A stretch of DNA of 64,000 bases. Origin: Candidatus Latescibacterota bacterium. GTDB taxonomy: Bacteria > Latescibacterota > UBA2968 > GCA-2709665. The stretch's first letter is position 1, and the number at the start of each line of letters is the position of its first letter. Made by a program: the position numbers and the translations under genes. This document shows positions 47,368 through 57,586 of this stretch, piece by piece. The notes under the pieces were generated by a model. The model was given only the letters and a program-made list of their open reading frames with translations, searched no databases and was not told the origin of the DNA. The stretch lies in assembly GCA_965222075.1 (NCBI GenBank), contig OZ244937.1:5216001-5280000 (forward strand). The letters run 5' to 3'.

Positions 47368-48777
47368 ATGACTCCTGAAGCGATTCTGGAGAAGGTTTGC
47401 GATTCGATCGACGTGTTGGTGGAGGCGGGGAAGGCATACGAGGGGTTGTTTCCTTCGTTGCTGGATCTGGAGACGCATGAGATGTTAAAGGAACTGCCTC
47501 CGCCGATTGAGGGGCAGCGGATGGGAGACCGCGCCTTTTTGGGAAGCAATCTGATGCACGACCAGCATGTGCTCAAGACCATGTATGCGCTGGACCGGAG
47601 AGGCTATAAGGAAGCGGCGGACCGGTACTTGCGCCGGTTTGCGACCCACTGTACGGAGACGGTTACGGGCCTGTTCCCGTGGGGAGAGCACGCATACTGG
47701 CACCTGGAAGAGGACCGGGTGGGGGACAGCCACCGCCTGGGCAGTCCCGAGAAGGAGCCGGGCACCACGCTGCACGACCATTTGCGGCAGGCGCCGGTGT
47801 GGCTGTGGGAGAAGCTGTATGAATTCAACCCCCAATGTGTCGAGCGGTTTGCCGAGGGGCTGGACTACCACTACAAGGAGGGGGAGCCGAGGGAGTATAT
47901 CCGGCATGCCCACATCGAGCGGAAGGCGCGGCTCGAACGGGGGCCGAAGTCTGCGGATTTTCCGCGTCACGGGGGATTTTACATTCTGGACTGGTCGTTT
48001 GCCTATGTGAAGACGGGGCGCGAGGATTTTCTGAGACAGATTGAGATTATGGTGGATTACTGGTGGCCGCACCGGGACGAGAAGGGCCTGTTGCTGGTTC
48101 ATACGCAGTGCCCTGAAGAGGTTGCGCACCAGTACAATGTGAACACCATGTCACAGACGGTTTCCCTGGCGGCCAGCTTGCTGGAGTCGGCGGTTCTGCT
48201 CGACGGAAGTGCGCCGGAACTGGTCGATCGGATGCGGGAGCGGGGTGGGGTCTATACCGGCGGTTTTCTGGCGGCGCCGCACAATCCGGAGGCAGGCGTT
48301 TTTGTGTATGCATGCCAGCGTCGGACGGATGAGATCTTGAGTACGATGTCCATCTGGGGCAGCGAGTACGGCCAGTGGCCGGTGGCTTATGTGGCTTTGA
48401 TCGCCCTGTGTATTTATCGGTTGACGGAAGATGAACGGCTGCTGAGCTGGGCAGAAGGTGCGGGGCGCTGGTATTTGAAAACCCCCTTCCCGGAAGGGGT
48501 TTCGGTTCCGGCGATGGACGCTGGGCTGGGCGTCGAGCTGCTGGCGGACCTTTACGATCTGACCGGCGACGCTTCCTGGTTGGAACGGGGATTTGAACTG
48601 ACAGAGACGCTGATCTCCATTTATATGGACGGGGATCTGATACGGGGCGCGGCGGGCATCGACTGGTACGAGTCTCAGATGGTGCCGGGGGACCTGCTGC
48701 ACGGGTTGGCCAGGCTGGCGCTGTTGGCCCTGGACCGGGATGGATGTCCGCTGAGGACGAATTATACCGCAAAGTGA
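47368..48777 (+). CDS. Hypothetical alpha/alpha-barrel protein, possibly polysaccharide lyase family 2-like
   Basis: Y..AAD.YL..F.......TGLF.WGEH motif; located in a carbohydrate-catabolism cluster. Function uncertain. Confidence 0.55.
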   Translation: MTPEAILEKVCDSIDVLVEAGKAYEGLFPSLLDLETHEMLKELPPPIEGQRMGDRAFLGSNLMHDQHVLKTMYALDRRGYKEAADRYLRRFATHCTETVTGLFPWGEHAYWHLEEDRVGDSHRLGSPEKEPGTTLHDHLRQAPVWLWEKLYEFNPQCVERFAEGLDYHYKEGEPREYIRHAHIERKARLERGPKSADFPRHGGFYILDWSFAYVKTGREDFLRQIEIMVDYWWPHRDEKGLLLVHTQCPEEVAHQYNVNTMSQTVSLAASLLESAVLLDGSAPELVDRMRERGGVYTGGFLAAPHNPEAGVFVYACQRRTDEILSTMSIWGSEYGQWPVAYVALIALCIYRLTEDERLLSWAEGAGRWYLKTPFPEGVSVPAMDAGLGVELLADLYDLTGDASWLERGFELTETLISIYMDGDLIRGAAGIDWYESQMVPGDLLHGLARLALLALDRDGCPLRTNYTAK

Positions 48778-48791
48778 GGCGTGAAGTGAGC

Positions 48792-49835
48792 ATGAAGACG
48801 TTCAAACTGTGGGCGGGAGGGGATGCGCATGTGGGTACGGATCTGGCGCGAGACAACCGCCGGAGTCTGGCGGAGGCGATCCTGCAGGCGGAACAGGGCG
48901 GCGCCGGGGGTGGACCTCCGTTCGAGTGGGATATTATGCTGGATATCGGGGATCTGTCGGGGTCGCAGACGCCGCCCGAGGACGAGGAAGGGGAAGAGGT
49001 GGTCAGGCAGTACAGCGTATCGACCAGACACCCCCGGGAAGATTTCTACAATATCGTGGGCAACCACGACGCCAGCGGCCCGGACGAGCCGTGCCAGTGG
49101 TGGTTCCGAAAATGGGTGGACCCCACCGGGAAGAATACCGAATATTCCGGAGTTCACGCCGACCGACGGCCGTATCCGGTCGAGGGGAGCTGGGAGCGGT
49201 ATTCGTTTCAGGTAGGGAATATCCTGTTTCTGGCGATGGGGGACCGCAACGACGGGGGGCCTCCGGTGGGTCGGGGCGAGAGGGGAGGATTTCCTGCAGG
49301 GGCGGTGACACTGGAGACGTTCGAGTGGTGGAAAGAGAAGGTGGAGGCGCATCAGGATAAGATTATTGTGACGGCGCACCACCACATGTTGAAGGAGACG
49401 ACGGTGGCGTCGGGCCCCTGGGAGGGGGTGGACGGAGGGTATCACGGCCGGTTTGAGGACGGGGCGCCGATTGGCGCATCTTACGTCTATTTTGTGGGGG
49501 GAGAGCCAGATACGGGGGCGTTCGAGTCGTATTTGGAAGCGCATCCGGGCGCGATCGATTTATGGCTGGGGGGACATACGCATACGAATCCGGACGATAC
49601 GCACGGTGGACGGTCTCACGTGGAGCAAAAGTGGGGGGTGACGTTTATCAATGTGGCGGCGATTTCGAGGTATCACGGCAAGAAGAATATTTCGATGAGC
49701 CGGCTGTTGACGTTTACGGAGGGGAAGGAGGAGGTGAATGTGAGGTGCTACCTCCACATGAGCGATTATGCGCCTCAGGGGTGGTACGATAAGGCGGAGC
49801 GGACGGTGCCGCTGCGGATGGCCTTTTCATTATGA
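48792..49835 (+). CDS. Calcineurin-like metallophosphoesterase
   Basis: DAH, GD, GNHD, HH, GHTH. Confidence 0.85.
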   Translation: MKTFKLWAGGDAHVGTDLARDNRRSLAEAILQAEQGGAGGGPPFEWDIMLDIGDLSGSQTPPEDEEGEEVVRQYSVSTRHPREDFYNIVGNHDASGPDEPCQWWFRKWVDPTGKNTEYSGVHADRRPYPVEGSWERYSFQVGNILFLAMGDRNDGGPPVGRGERGGFPAGAVTLETFEWWKEKVEAHQDKIIVTAHHHMLKETTVASGPWEGVDGGYHGRFEDGAPIGASYVYFVGGEPDTGAFESYLEAHPGAIDLWLGGHTHTNPDDTHGGRSHVEQKWGVTFINVAAISRYHGKKNISMSRLLTFTEGKEEVNVRCYLHMSDYAPQGWYDKAERTVPLRMAFSL

Positions 49836-51487
49836 ACGGCTCCCACCGCTTTATCCTGCTGGTCGATCTCCACCTGTCGGACTATTCACACACAGCGGCC
49901 TGGCACGCACTGCAGTGGGCTGTAGACTGCATCAACCGGGAGAAGCCGGACTTTCTGGCCGTGGGCGGAGATATAACGACTTTTGCTACGGCCGGGTCGA
50001 CTGTCCGATGCCTGGAGGCCTTCGAGCGGGTTGAGGTTCCCGTGTTCTTCACGCCGGGCAATGCGGAACTGCGCAGGCCGGACGCGCTGCCGTTGCTGAG
50101 AGACCTGCTTGCGCCCGAACGGCGGTTTACCGTGCGGGAGGATCTGCTGGTTCTTTTTCCCGATACGTCGACCGGAACGCTGTCCGGGGATGAGCGGGCA
50201 TGGTTAAACCGGGTTGTCGATTCTTCCGGCGTCGAGCGGCGGATCGTGATTACCCACTATCCGCCGGATAGGATGGATGAGGAGGCCCGGGCGTGGCTGA
50301 CGCGGTGGCTTTCACGGCATCGCGTGGAACTCCTCGCAGTGGGGCACAGCCACTTTCACCGGACGCGGCACGTCAACGGGTGTCTGGAGGTTGTCGTTCG
50401 GGGATTGGACCCGGACAAAGCGGTGGGAGACATGCCTGGAATCAGCATGTTTGAGAGTTCGAAACCGGGCGAATGGTCCGAGCGGTTCATTCCCTGGTCC
50501 CCCGCCATCCGATTGCTGCCGACAGACCTTCCGGATGGTGTTTCACCGGTGGGCTGGTCGATCCACGGCGATCCTGTGGACGCTGCCAGGGAGACCCTGA
50601 GTTTCGGGCTGGCCTGCCTGGAGCTCCGCCCGAGGGAGCTGGACTTTTCCCGGAAGGCGCTTGCAGGGGCGCTTCAAGCGCTACGAGATCGAGGTTCTCT
50701 TTTTCTCTCCTACCACCTGCCGAATCTGACGTGGAATGCGGAAGCCGGCCGGATCGAGAGGGAAGAGGCGGTCCGGGCGAACCTGGACTGCGCATTAGAA
50801 GCGGGTGTGGACAGCCTGACCGTACACGTTCCCCGCGCACGGACCTGCGAGATGGAGCGGTTGGAGGGGGACACACCACAGCCTACCGAATGTTATCAGG
50901 CGTTTGAGGAGGTCTACGCCCGGCTCTTCCGGGAGCCCGCCCGTTCGGGCGTCCGAATTGCCATTGAGAATATTCACAATCCGCAAGGGACGCCGGCGGA
51001 TTCGCCGGATCTGGAGTTTGCGACCCGGATCGACGAATACCTCCGCTGGATCGATGCGGTAGACCGGGGGATGGCCGATATTCCGAATGCGACCGTGGGC
51101 GCCCTGCTGGATGTGGGGCACGCGCGGAACAACGGGGGTGACTTAAATAACATGCAGCCTGTGGGGGACTGGTACGCCCGTCTCGGGCGGCGCGTCTTGG
51201 GGTATCACATCCATCAGGTGGATACCGATCCCGACACAGGCAGGCTTTCCAATCACCGGGAGATTCCCGGGTTTTTCAGCAGGCGGATTTCCTACGCAGG
51301 TTTTCTCTGGGCATGGTCCGCGCACCAGATTACCCGTGCCCCTCTGTTCATAGAGGTCCGGGATGACGAGGGTCGACGGAATACGGTGCGGCGTTTCAAG
51401 CAGCTTTTTGAGAATGCGCATCGCATCAGGGAGGCGGTGGAGCTGCCGGATAGGGGTGAGGGCGAAGTACGGAGAAGTCGGTTATGA
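49832..51487 (+). CDS. Metallophosphoesterase fused to xylose-isomerase-like TIM barrel
   Basis: N-terminal DLH, GGD, GN, THY, GHSH; C-terminal IEN, LDVGH, HIH, IEV. Confidence 0.75.
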   Translation: MNGSHRFILLVDLHLSDYSHTAAWHALQWAVDCINREKPDFLAVGGDITTFATAGSTVRCLEAFERVEVPVFFTPGNAELRRPDALPLLRDLLAPERRFTVREDLLVLFPDTSTGTLSGDERAWLNRVVDSSGVERRIVITHYPPDRMDEEARAWLTRWLSRHRVELLAVGHSHFHRTRHVNGCLEVVVRGLDPDKAVGDMPGISMFESSKPGEWSERFIPWSPAIRLLPTDLPDGVSPVGWSIHGDPVDAARETLSFGLACLELRPRELDFSRKALAGALQALRDRGSLFLSYHLPNLTWNAEAGRIEREEAVRANLDCALEAGVDSLTVHVPRARTCEMERLEGDTPQPTECYQAFEEVYARLFREPARSGVRIAIENIHNPQGTPADSPDLEFATRIDEYLRWIDAVDRGMADIPNATVGALLDVGHARNNGGDLNNMQPVGDWYARLGRRVLGYHIHQVDTDPDTGRLSNHREIPGFFSRRISYAGFLWAWSAHQITRAPLFIEVRDDEGRRNTVRRFKQLFENAHRIREAVELPDRGEGEVRRSRL

Positions 51488-52446
51488 CATTTGAAATTGA
51501 AGGGCGGGACAAACAGGGGCCGATCCGGCTGCGGATTGAGGCCGACAATCCGTTTGCGGGAGGAGGACGCTGGGTTCGGGGTGGGCTTCACAGTCACGTG
51601 GCGCAGATGGGGGACCCCGAAGCGGTTTGCGCGCACTACCGGACGCTGGGGTTCGATTTTCTGGCGGCTACGGATTATCTGAGCATTACCCCACTGCCCG
51701 AGGCCACGGAGGCGTTTGTGACGCTGCCGGGGGCTGAGATTTTCTGCCCGGGGCAGGATGACTTGACGCATATTATCTGCCTGGGGCTGAAGGCGCTTCC
51801 CCGGCCGCTGGACGACACGCTGGAGGATGTTCCACGGCTGGTACGGGAGACGGAGGCGCAAGGGGGGGTGGCGGTGCTTGCGCATCCGGCATGGAGCGAC
51901 TACTCCTGGGAGAAGGCGTACGCGCTGGCGCGGTCCGGTGTCGTGGGATTTGAGGTGAGCAATCGGCTGACCTGGCAGATCAACGGGAAGGAGCGGTCTG
52001 AAGAACTCTGGCAGATGCTGCTGAATGCGGAGGTCCGGCTGGCTGCGATCGGCGTGGACGATGCGATTGTGCTGGACGACGGGGCGGTGACGGGCCGGAC
52101 CTGGACGGGGGTGCTGGTTCGGCGCCCCGGCGTGGAGGGGATATTGGAGGGGATTCGGGCGCACCGTACCTATGCGAGCGAGGGGCCGGAGATTCAGGAT
52201 ATTCGCATCGAGACACGGGGCGCGGTCGTGGTGGAATGCAGTCCATGCGTTGCCTGTCACGTCCGGTCGCGTGGGTTTGGGGTGCGCAGCGTGCAGGCGG
52301 AGTTGCCGTCGCAGCAGTTCGAGGTGGACCTTGCGGTGGACGGCTACCGCGTGCGAGACTGGATATTTGTGTGCGTGGAAGACGGGAACGGGCGCCGGGC
52401 GTGGTCCAGCTCCATTCCTGTCCGCGTTGATATAACACCCTTATAA
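51484..52446 (+). CDS. PHP-domain (CehA/McbA-like) metallohydrolase
   Basis: GGLHSH, GFDF.A.TD, PGAE, LAHP.WS, EV.N, YASEGP, AWS. Confidence 0.8.
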   Translation: MTFEIEGRDKQGPIRLRIEADNPFAGGGRWVRGGLHSHVAQMGDPEAVCAHYRTLGFDFLAATDYLSITPLPEATEAFVTLPGAEIFCPGQDDLTHIICLGLKALPRPLDDTLEDVPRLVRETEAQGGVAVLAHPAWSDYSWEKAYALARSGVVGFEVSNRLTWQINGKERSEELWQMLLNAEVRLAAIGVDDAIVLDDGAVTGRTWTGVLVRRPGVEGILEGIRAHRTYASEGPEIQDIRIETRGAVVVECSPCVACHVRSRGFGVRSVQAELPSQQFEVDLAVDGYRVRDWIFVCVEDGNGRRAWSSSIPVRVDITPL

Positions 52447-52462
52447 GCAGGGGGGAAGCAGG

Positions 52463-54472
52463 ATGAAGCGGACGATTCGCAGGACGGCGATGCTGCATTT
52501 TGAGAAGGTGAGCTATTCTCGGGATTACGTCAAGTGGGTCAGTGAGGAGGGGTTTACCGATATCGGGTTGGGGCTGAAACCGGATGACAGGAAATTTGTC
52601 GGACAGGGATACGTATGGGAGCAGGTATGCCAGATGGGGGAGTGGGGCGCGGAGTTCGATCTGGGGCTGATCGTGTTTACGGGTTATATGAAGTACAGGG
52701 AGGAGTTCCTGAGGACCCACCCGGAACGGAGCCTGGTGTGTATTGGGGGCAGAGGTACGGCTCTCGACAGCGACAATATCGTGAGGACGAGGTGGCTCTG
52801 CCCGTTTCAGCCGGAGAACAAGGCGGAATACCTTGATCTGTTGAACAGGGTGATACAGCTGCCGTCGCTGCGGGAGATCCATCTGAACGATGAGGCGGAG
52901 ATCGGGTTTTCCAACGGGGACATCGGCTGTTATTGTGACCATTGTGTGTCGGAATACGAACGCGAATTCGGAGTTCCGCCGCCCCGGCAGGTCGACTGGG
53001 CATCGGAAGAATGGTGGGGGTGGGTGCAGCACCGGATGAAGGCCTGGACGGAGGTGCACGCCTATTTTCGAGCGGAGATCAAGAAGTCGCGTCCGGATGT
53101 TTCCGTAGGCATCCAGCATTCGCCCAAGGTGGTGTCGTTTGCAGAGAATCCCTGGCTGTCGGGGATTGACCTGTGCCGGGATGCGGTGGCCATGGATGTG
53201 CTGTGTACCGATCCATACCACCACATCCACTATCCGCACTTTACCTATCGTCCGATGCGACGGATTCTGGGAGAGGCGACCCGCGCGATGGCGGGGGCGA
53301 CCATCGCGCGTTCGCTGTTTATCTATCCCCAGGGTTTCATGCCGCCTTCAGGGAGCCTGGAGATAACGCACCGGGATGGATTTATGGCGGGGACGGTTCC
53401 TTTCGCGCTGGGCGCGGAGACGATCTCGCCCTATACGTTCGATCTGTGCCGGATTGTTCCCGGTTTCTATGAAGGACTGCAGGAGGCCAGGCGGCTGATC
53501 CCCTATTTTGAGAAGACCCGGCCCTATAGCGCTGTTACTGTGGTCAAACCCTCGCAGACGGAAATCTACGGGTACCCGGAGAAGCGCTGGGGACGGGAGG
53601 CGATCGCCGGCTGGCCGGATGTGATGAACCAGGTGGGGCTGCCCTGGCGGTGGGTGTTCGACCGACGGCTTCCCGATGCGAATGGAGCGCTGAGCGGTGC
53701 GGTGATTCTGCCGGAGACCCACTGTTTGACCCGGGAGCAGCGGGAAGCCTTAGACGCACACGCCGGGAACGGGCTGCTGTGGGTAGGGCGGACGCCGGTT
53801 GAGGACTGGTCCGGCGAAGGCGCCTGTCCGCCGCCGGAGGGAGAGACCGCCGGGCCTTCGGAGTTGAAGCCGGTCCGTTCCGACCATCCTTTGCTGGAAG
53901 GCGTTGCGCTTCCGATTATGCTGGGGTCGGCGTTTTCAGAGCCGGGGATTGAAGGGGAGACGATCGCCGAAGTGGAGGGGCGTCCGGGGCTGGTGGTGAG
54001 GGCGTCCAACGGTCGACGGGAGGTCTGGCTTGCAGGAACTCCGGTGTTCAATTACGTGGAGCCCGGAGATCACGGAGCAGTGCGTACTCCAACGGGTGGG
54101 ATGGCGCTGCTGCGCAACGCGCTGGGCTGGTTGTCGAACGAAGCTCCCAAGGCGCGGCTGTGGCCATACCCGCCGCACAACGATTATGGGGATGTGCGTC
54201 CCTGGGATCGGAGGGATGTGCCGACCATGGAGCTGTTTCCGATGGTGGGAGATGGCTGTCTGGTCTGTTTGATTTTCAACTATCTGGGGCTGGTCTACGA
54301 GACGAATCTGGTGATGCGTGTACCCCAGGGCGCGAGGGTCACGGCTCTGGTGGATATCTATACCGGAGAGGCTCTGTTGCATTCTGCACAGGTTGAGGGG
54401 CAGGAGGTCAGGCTGCCGGTGCAGATGCCGGGCGACAAGGAATTTTTGGCCGTTGAACTGCGGTGGGAATAA
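52463..54472 (+). CDS. Putative glycoside hydrolase (GH42-like TIM barrel plus trimerisation-like domain)
   Basis: LCP..P, LNDE, CYCDHC...Y...FG, TDPY. Confidence 0.6.
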   Translation: MKRTIRRTAMLHFEKVSYSRDYVKWVSEEGFTDIGLGLKPDDRKFVGQGYVWEQVCQMGEWGAEFDLGLIVFTGYMKYREEFLRTHPERSLVCIGGRGTALDSDNIVRTRWLCPFQPENKAEYLDLLNRVIQLPSLREIHLNDEAEIGFSNGDIGCYCDHCVSEYEREFGVPPPRQVDWASEEWWGWVQHRMKAWTEVHAYFRAEIKKSRPDVSVGIQHSPKVVSFAENPWLSGIDLCRDAVAMDVLCTDPYHHIHYPHFTYRPMRRILGEATRAMAGATIARSLFIYPQGFMPPSGSLEITHRDGFMAGTVPFALGAETISPYTFDLCRIVPGFYEGLQEARRLIPYFEKTRPYSAVTVVKPSQTEIYGYPEKRWGREAIAGWPDVMNQVGLPWRWVFDRRLPDANGALSGAVILPETHCLTREQREALDAHAGNGLLWVGRTPVEDWSGEGACPPPEGETAGPSELKPVRSDHPLLEGVALPIMLGSAFSEPGIEGETIAEVEGRPGLVVRASNGRREVWLAGTPVFNYVEPGDHGAVRTPTGGMALLRNALGWLSNEAPKARLWPYPPHNDYGDVRPWDRRDVPTMELFPMVGDGCLVCLIFNYLGLVYETNLVMRVPQGARVTALVDIYTGEALLHSAQVEGQEVRLPVQMPGDKEFLAVELRWE

Positions 54473-54502
54473 CCGCTGGTTTCAGAAGGAAGGGATAGAT
54501 CC

Positions 54503-55348
54503 ATGTCCGAACGAGCCGATGCGCATATTCATCTGTTTGAGGGTGGGTACCAGGATTCCTTTGTGAAACGACTGGGCCGGCCGATCGATGAGGCGGTATG
54601 TTATGCTTCGCTGGCGGAGGATCACGGGGTAAAGGCCGCGCTTGTGGTTGCGTACGCTGACGTCCCCTGGGCAGCAGAGAATAACCGCTATCTGGCCCGG
54701 ATGGTGGCCCAGTACGATTGGGTTCGCCCCGTGGCCTATTACGATCCTGGAGAGCCGCCCACAACGGATGATCTGGAGCGGTTGAAGTCCGAGGGGTTTG
54801 TCGGGTTGAGCTTTTACATTTTCGGGCAGGAGCGGGTGGATGCGCTTCTGAGCATTTCGGACGAGGTCTGGTCGTGGCTGACTTCCAGGCAATGGCTGGT
54901 AAGTGTGAATTCAAAGGGGGGGGACTGGACTGCCTGGCAGACGATCCTGCAGCAGCATGGGGAATTGCGTCTGGTTGTGTCCCACCTGGGTCTGCCGCCA
55001 AAGGTGAGCGAACCGCCTACCGAAGCCGGGGCGAGAGAGGCGATGGCCAGTGTGCTGGCGCTGGCCGGGTTTCCACAGTCACGGGTGAAGCTGAGCGGTT
55101 TCTACGCGATGACCGATCCGGGTCACGATTATCCGCATCGGGCGACGTGGCCTTATGTGGAAGCCCTGATGGAGGCGTTTGGTGTTGAGCGTTTGCTCTG
55201 GGCGTCGGATTTCTCGCCGTGTCTGGACTGGCTGACGTTTCCGCAGACTTTCGGGCTGTTTTCCAGGATGCCGTTTTTGAGTGAGGCGGATCGGGAACGG
55301 ATCGAGGGGTCCAACCTTCTGGCGTTGCTGGATGAGGTTGTGGTGTGA
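54503..55348 (+). CDS. Amidohydrolase_2 family protein
   Basis: DAHIH, SHLG.P, VKLSG, FG.ERLLWASDF. Confidence 0.88.
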   Translation: MSERADAHIHLFEGGYQDSFVKRLGRPIDEAVCYASLAEDHGVKAALVVAYADVPWAAENNRYLARMVAQYDWVRPVAYYDPGEPPTTDDLERLKSEGFVGLSFYIFGQERVDALLSISDEVWSWLTSRQWLVSVNSKGGDWTAWQTILQQHGELRLVVSHLGLPPKVSEPPTEAGAREAMASVLALAGFPQSRVKLSGFYAMTDPGHDYPHRATWPYVEALMEAFGVERLLWASDFSPCLDWLTFPQTFGLFSRMPFLSEADRERIEGSNLLALLDEVVV

Positions 55349-55371
55349 TCGTCAAGGAAGGAGCGTTTGAG

Positions 55372-56694
55372 ATGAGCAGCGATTTGCGGCAGGCGCGGCT
55401 GTTGTGGGAAGTGGACGTGGATGGATTCGGCGGGGATGAGCTTTTTGTGACGGATCTGAACGGCGATGGGGAGCCGGAGCTCCTCATGCGACAAAGTGCG
55501 GGAGGCGGACGAGCAGAATTCGTGTTCCGGAGGTTTGGGCCGAGGGGTATGTACACCGAAGAAGAGAGACATTTGAACTGTATCTCAGCCGTTGACCTGA
55601 AGGGAAATCTGCTCTGGCAGGTGGGAGAAGCCCACCAGGGAGAACATCCCTACTTCTGCCACGGGAGCGCCGGTTTTGCGTTTGCCTGTCTGGAGGGAGA
55701 TGCGCTGCCCGACGTTCTGGCCGTGGTGTGGGATGTGCTGACCGTTCTGGATGGGCGCTCCGGAGCGGTGAAGGCCGAGTTGAAGGTGCCCACGGACAAT
55801 TTCAACACTATCGTGTCTGTGAACCTTCGGGGTGATCCGACCCGCCAGCAGTTGCTGGTGAAAGCCGGAGGACGTGCGTACCCGCCCTACAGACCGGGGA
55901 ATCCGACCTTCGTGCTGGACAGTGACCTGTCGGAGCTGTGGGTGGAGACGGACTACCCGTGCGTGGGTTGCCGTCCGGTTGTTCTGGATCTGGACAATGA
56001 CGGGTGTGAGGAGATTCTGGTCGGAAGCTGCCTGGTGGACCACGACGGCCAGCGCCTCTGGACGCTTTTGGGGGTGGATCCCGAGAAGGAGCATGTGGAC
56101 CATGTCAATCCCGTGGGTTTGAAGGGAGACGGACAGATTCAGCTCGCCTACGCCGTCGACGGCGGCGATTTTTTGCTCGTTGATACACAGGGAGAAGAGA
56201 TCTGGAGACGGGAACACCGGCATTCCCAGAGTTCGATCGCCGGCCGGTTCCGAAGCGATGTGGAAGGATTGGCCATTGTTCTGACCGAGAAGTGGATCGG
56301 AATGACATGCTACACGCCGGAAGGACACAGGCTGTGGAACAAGGAGGGCGTGGGATACGGCCGGCGAACGGTGTTGGGCTGGGGCGAGGACGGGCTGGAT
56401 CTGATTCTTTACGAGCCGCATTTGCTCAAGGGGAGGGATGCGTGTCCTTACCACAGCGTGCCGGAGGAGACCCGCAACTTCTGGCCCTACCTGATTGATG
56501 GGGAAGGAAACCGGGTGATGGAGCTGCCCTGGAAGGAAGACTACGTCCAGCCCAGACAGCTTATCCGGGGTTTTCGGGCATACGATTACGGCATTGTGTT
56601 CCACAACCAGGTGATGGACCTGGACGGGGACGGCCGGGATGAGGTGGTTGTGTGGGACCGGCGGCGGGTGATGGCGTTCGGGGCGCCTGATTGA
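55372..56694 (+). CDS. FG-GAP repeat beta-propeller, paralogue of 43829..45121
   Basis: DLNGDG..E, GNLLWQVGE, DLDNDG.EEI, DLDGDGRDE. Confidence 0.75.
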   Translation: MSSDLRQARLLWEVDVDGFGGDELFVTDLNGDGEPELLMRQSAGGGRAEFVFRRFGPRGMYTEEERHLNCISAVDLKGNLLWQVGEAHQGEHPYFCHGSAGFAFACLEGDALPDVLAVVWDVLTVLDGRSGAVKAELKVPTDNFNTIVSVNLRGDPTRQQLLVKAGGRAYPPYRPGNPTFVLDSDLSELWVETDYPCVGCRPVVLDLDNDGCEEILVGSCLVDHDGQRLWTLLGVDPEKEHVDHVNPVGLKGDGQIQLAYAVDGGDFLLVDTQGEEIWRREHRHSQSSIAGRFRSDVEGLAIVLTEKWIGMTCYTPEGHRLWNKEGVGYGRRTVLGWGEDGLDLILYEPHLLKGRDACPYHSVPEETRNFWPYLIDGEGNRVMELPWKEDYVQPRQLIRGFRAYDYGIVFHNQVMDLDGDGRDEVVVWDRRRVMAFGAPD

Positions 56695-56706
56695 AGGGAG
56701 GGTTTT

Positions 56707-57564
56707 ATGGTTAAACTCGTCTGCCTGACGCTGCCCTATGTGAGGGAGAAGCTCCCGCTGGAGCGGGCGGTTGAGGGAATCGCCGGTGCGGGCTACCGGT
56801 ACATCGGCGTCGGCTGGGAGCGTCGGAGCGAAGATGTCCTGGGGCACGATCCCGAAGCGCGCGTGATGAGCCGCTGCCGCGAACTGTGCGGGGAAGCCGG
56901 ACTCACGCCTCTGGTGGTCTCGGGTACCGGGATTGGACCGCCGGGTCGGGTGCAGAAGCTGAAGGGGCGGATTGATGTTGCAAAGGCTCTTGGCGCCGAA
57001 GTGATCCAGATGGCTGGCGTGGGGTCCTACAAGAGGTTTCCAGACAAGCTCCTGGACTCCTCGGAATTCCAGGAGGCCCACCGGGCCTACGTCGCCGACC
57101 TGAAAGCGGTCGGCCCCCACGCCGAGCAGGCGGGGGTTGTGCTGGCCCTCAAACCCCACACCGGGAATACGGCCACGGCGAAACACCTCGCACAGCTCCT
57201 GCCTGAAATCGACTCCCCCGCTGTCCGGGCCTGCTACGATCCGGGAAATGTCCACTTCTACGAGGGCATCTCGCCTGAGGAGGATTTTCCCCTGATTGCA
57301 GATCAAACTTACGAAATCGTCGCCAAAGACCACAGGGGCGCCCGTGCAGAAAGTGATTTTCCAGTGCCCGGAGAGGGGGATGTGGATTTCAACCGGATTT
57401 TTACCACGGCCCGCCAGGCGGGTTTCAGTGGCCCGGTGATTGTTGAGCGGGCCGACGGGACCGGTGGGTCTTTCAGCCCCGAAGAGGTAGACGCCCGCAT
57501 CTTACAGGCCCGACGCAGCCTGGAGAAAATGCTCAGAGAATCCGGTCTGGAAGTAGAGGCATAA
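56707..57564 (+). CDS. Sugar phosphate isomerase/epimerase (AP endonuclease 2 TIM barrel)
   Basis: LKPH, YDPGN, KD, PGEG.VDF, GFSGP...E. Confidence 0.85.
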   Translation: MVKLVCLTLPYVREKLPLERAVEGIAGAGYRYIGVGWERRSEDVLGHDPEARVMSRCRELCGEAGLTPLVVSGTGIGPPGRVQKLKGRIDVAKALGAEVIQMAGVGSYKRFPDKLLDSSEFQEAHRAYVADLKAVGPHAEQAGVVLALKPHTGNTATAKHLAQLLPEIDSPAVRACYDPGNVHFYEGISPEEDFPLIADQTYEIVAKDHRGARAESDFPVPGEGDVDFNRIFTTARQAGFSGPVIVERADGTGGSFSPEEVDARILQARRSLEKMLRESGLEVEA

Positions 57565-57586
57565 TGGAAACGACTCCAGGAACGAG

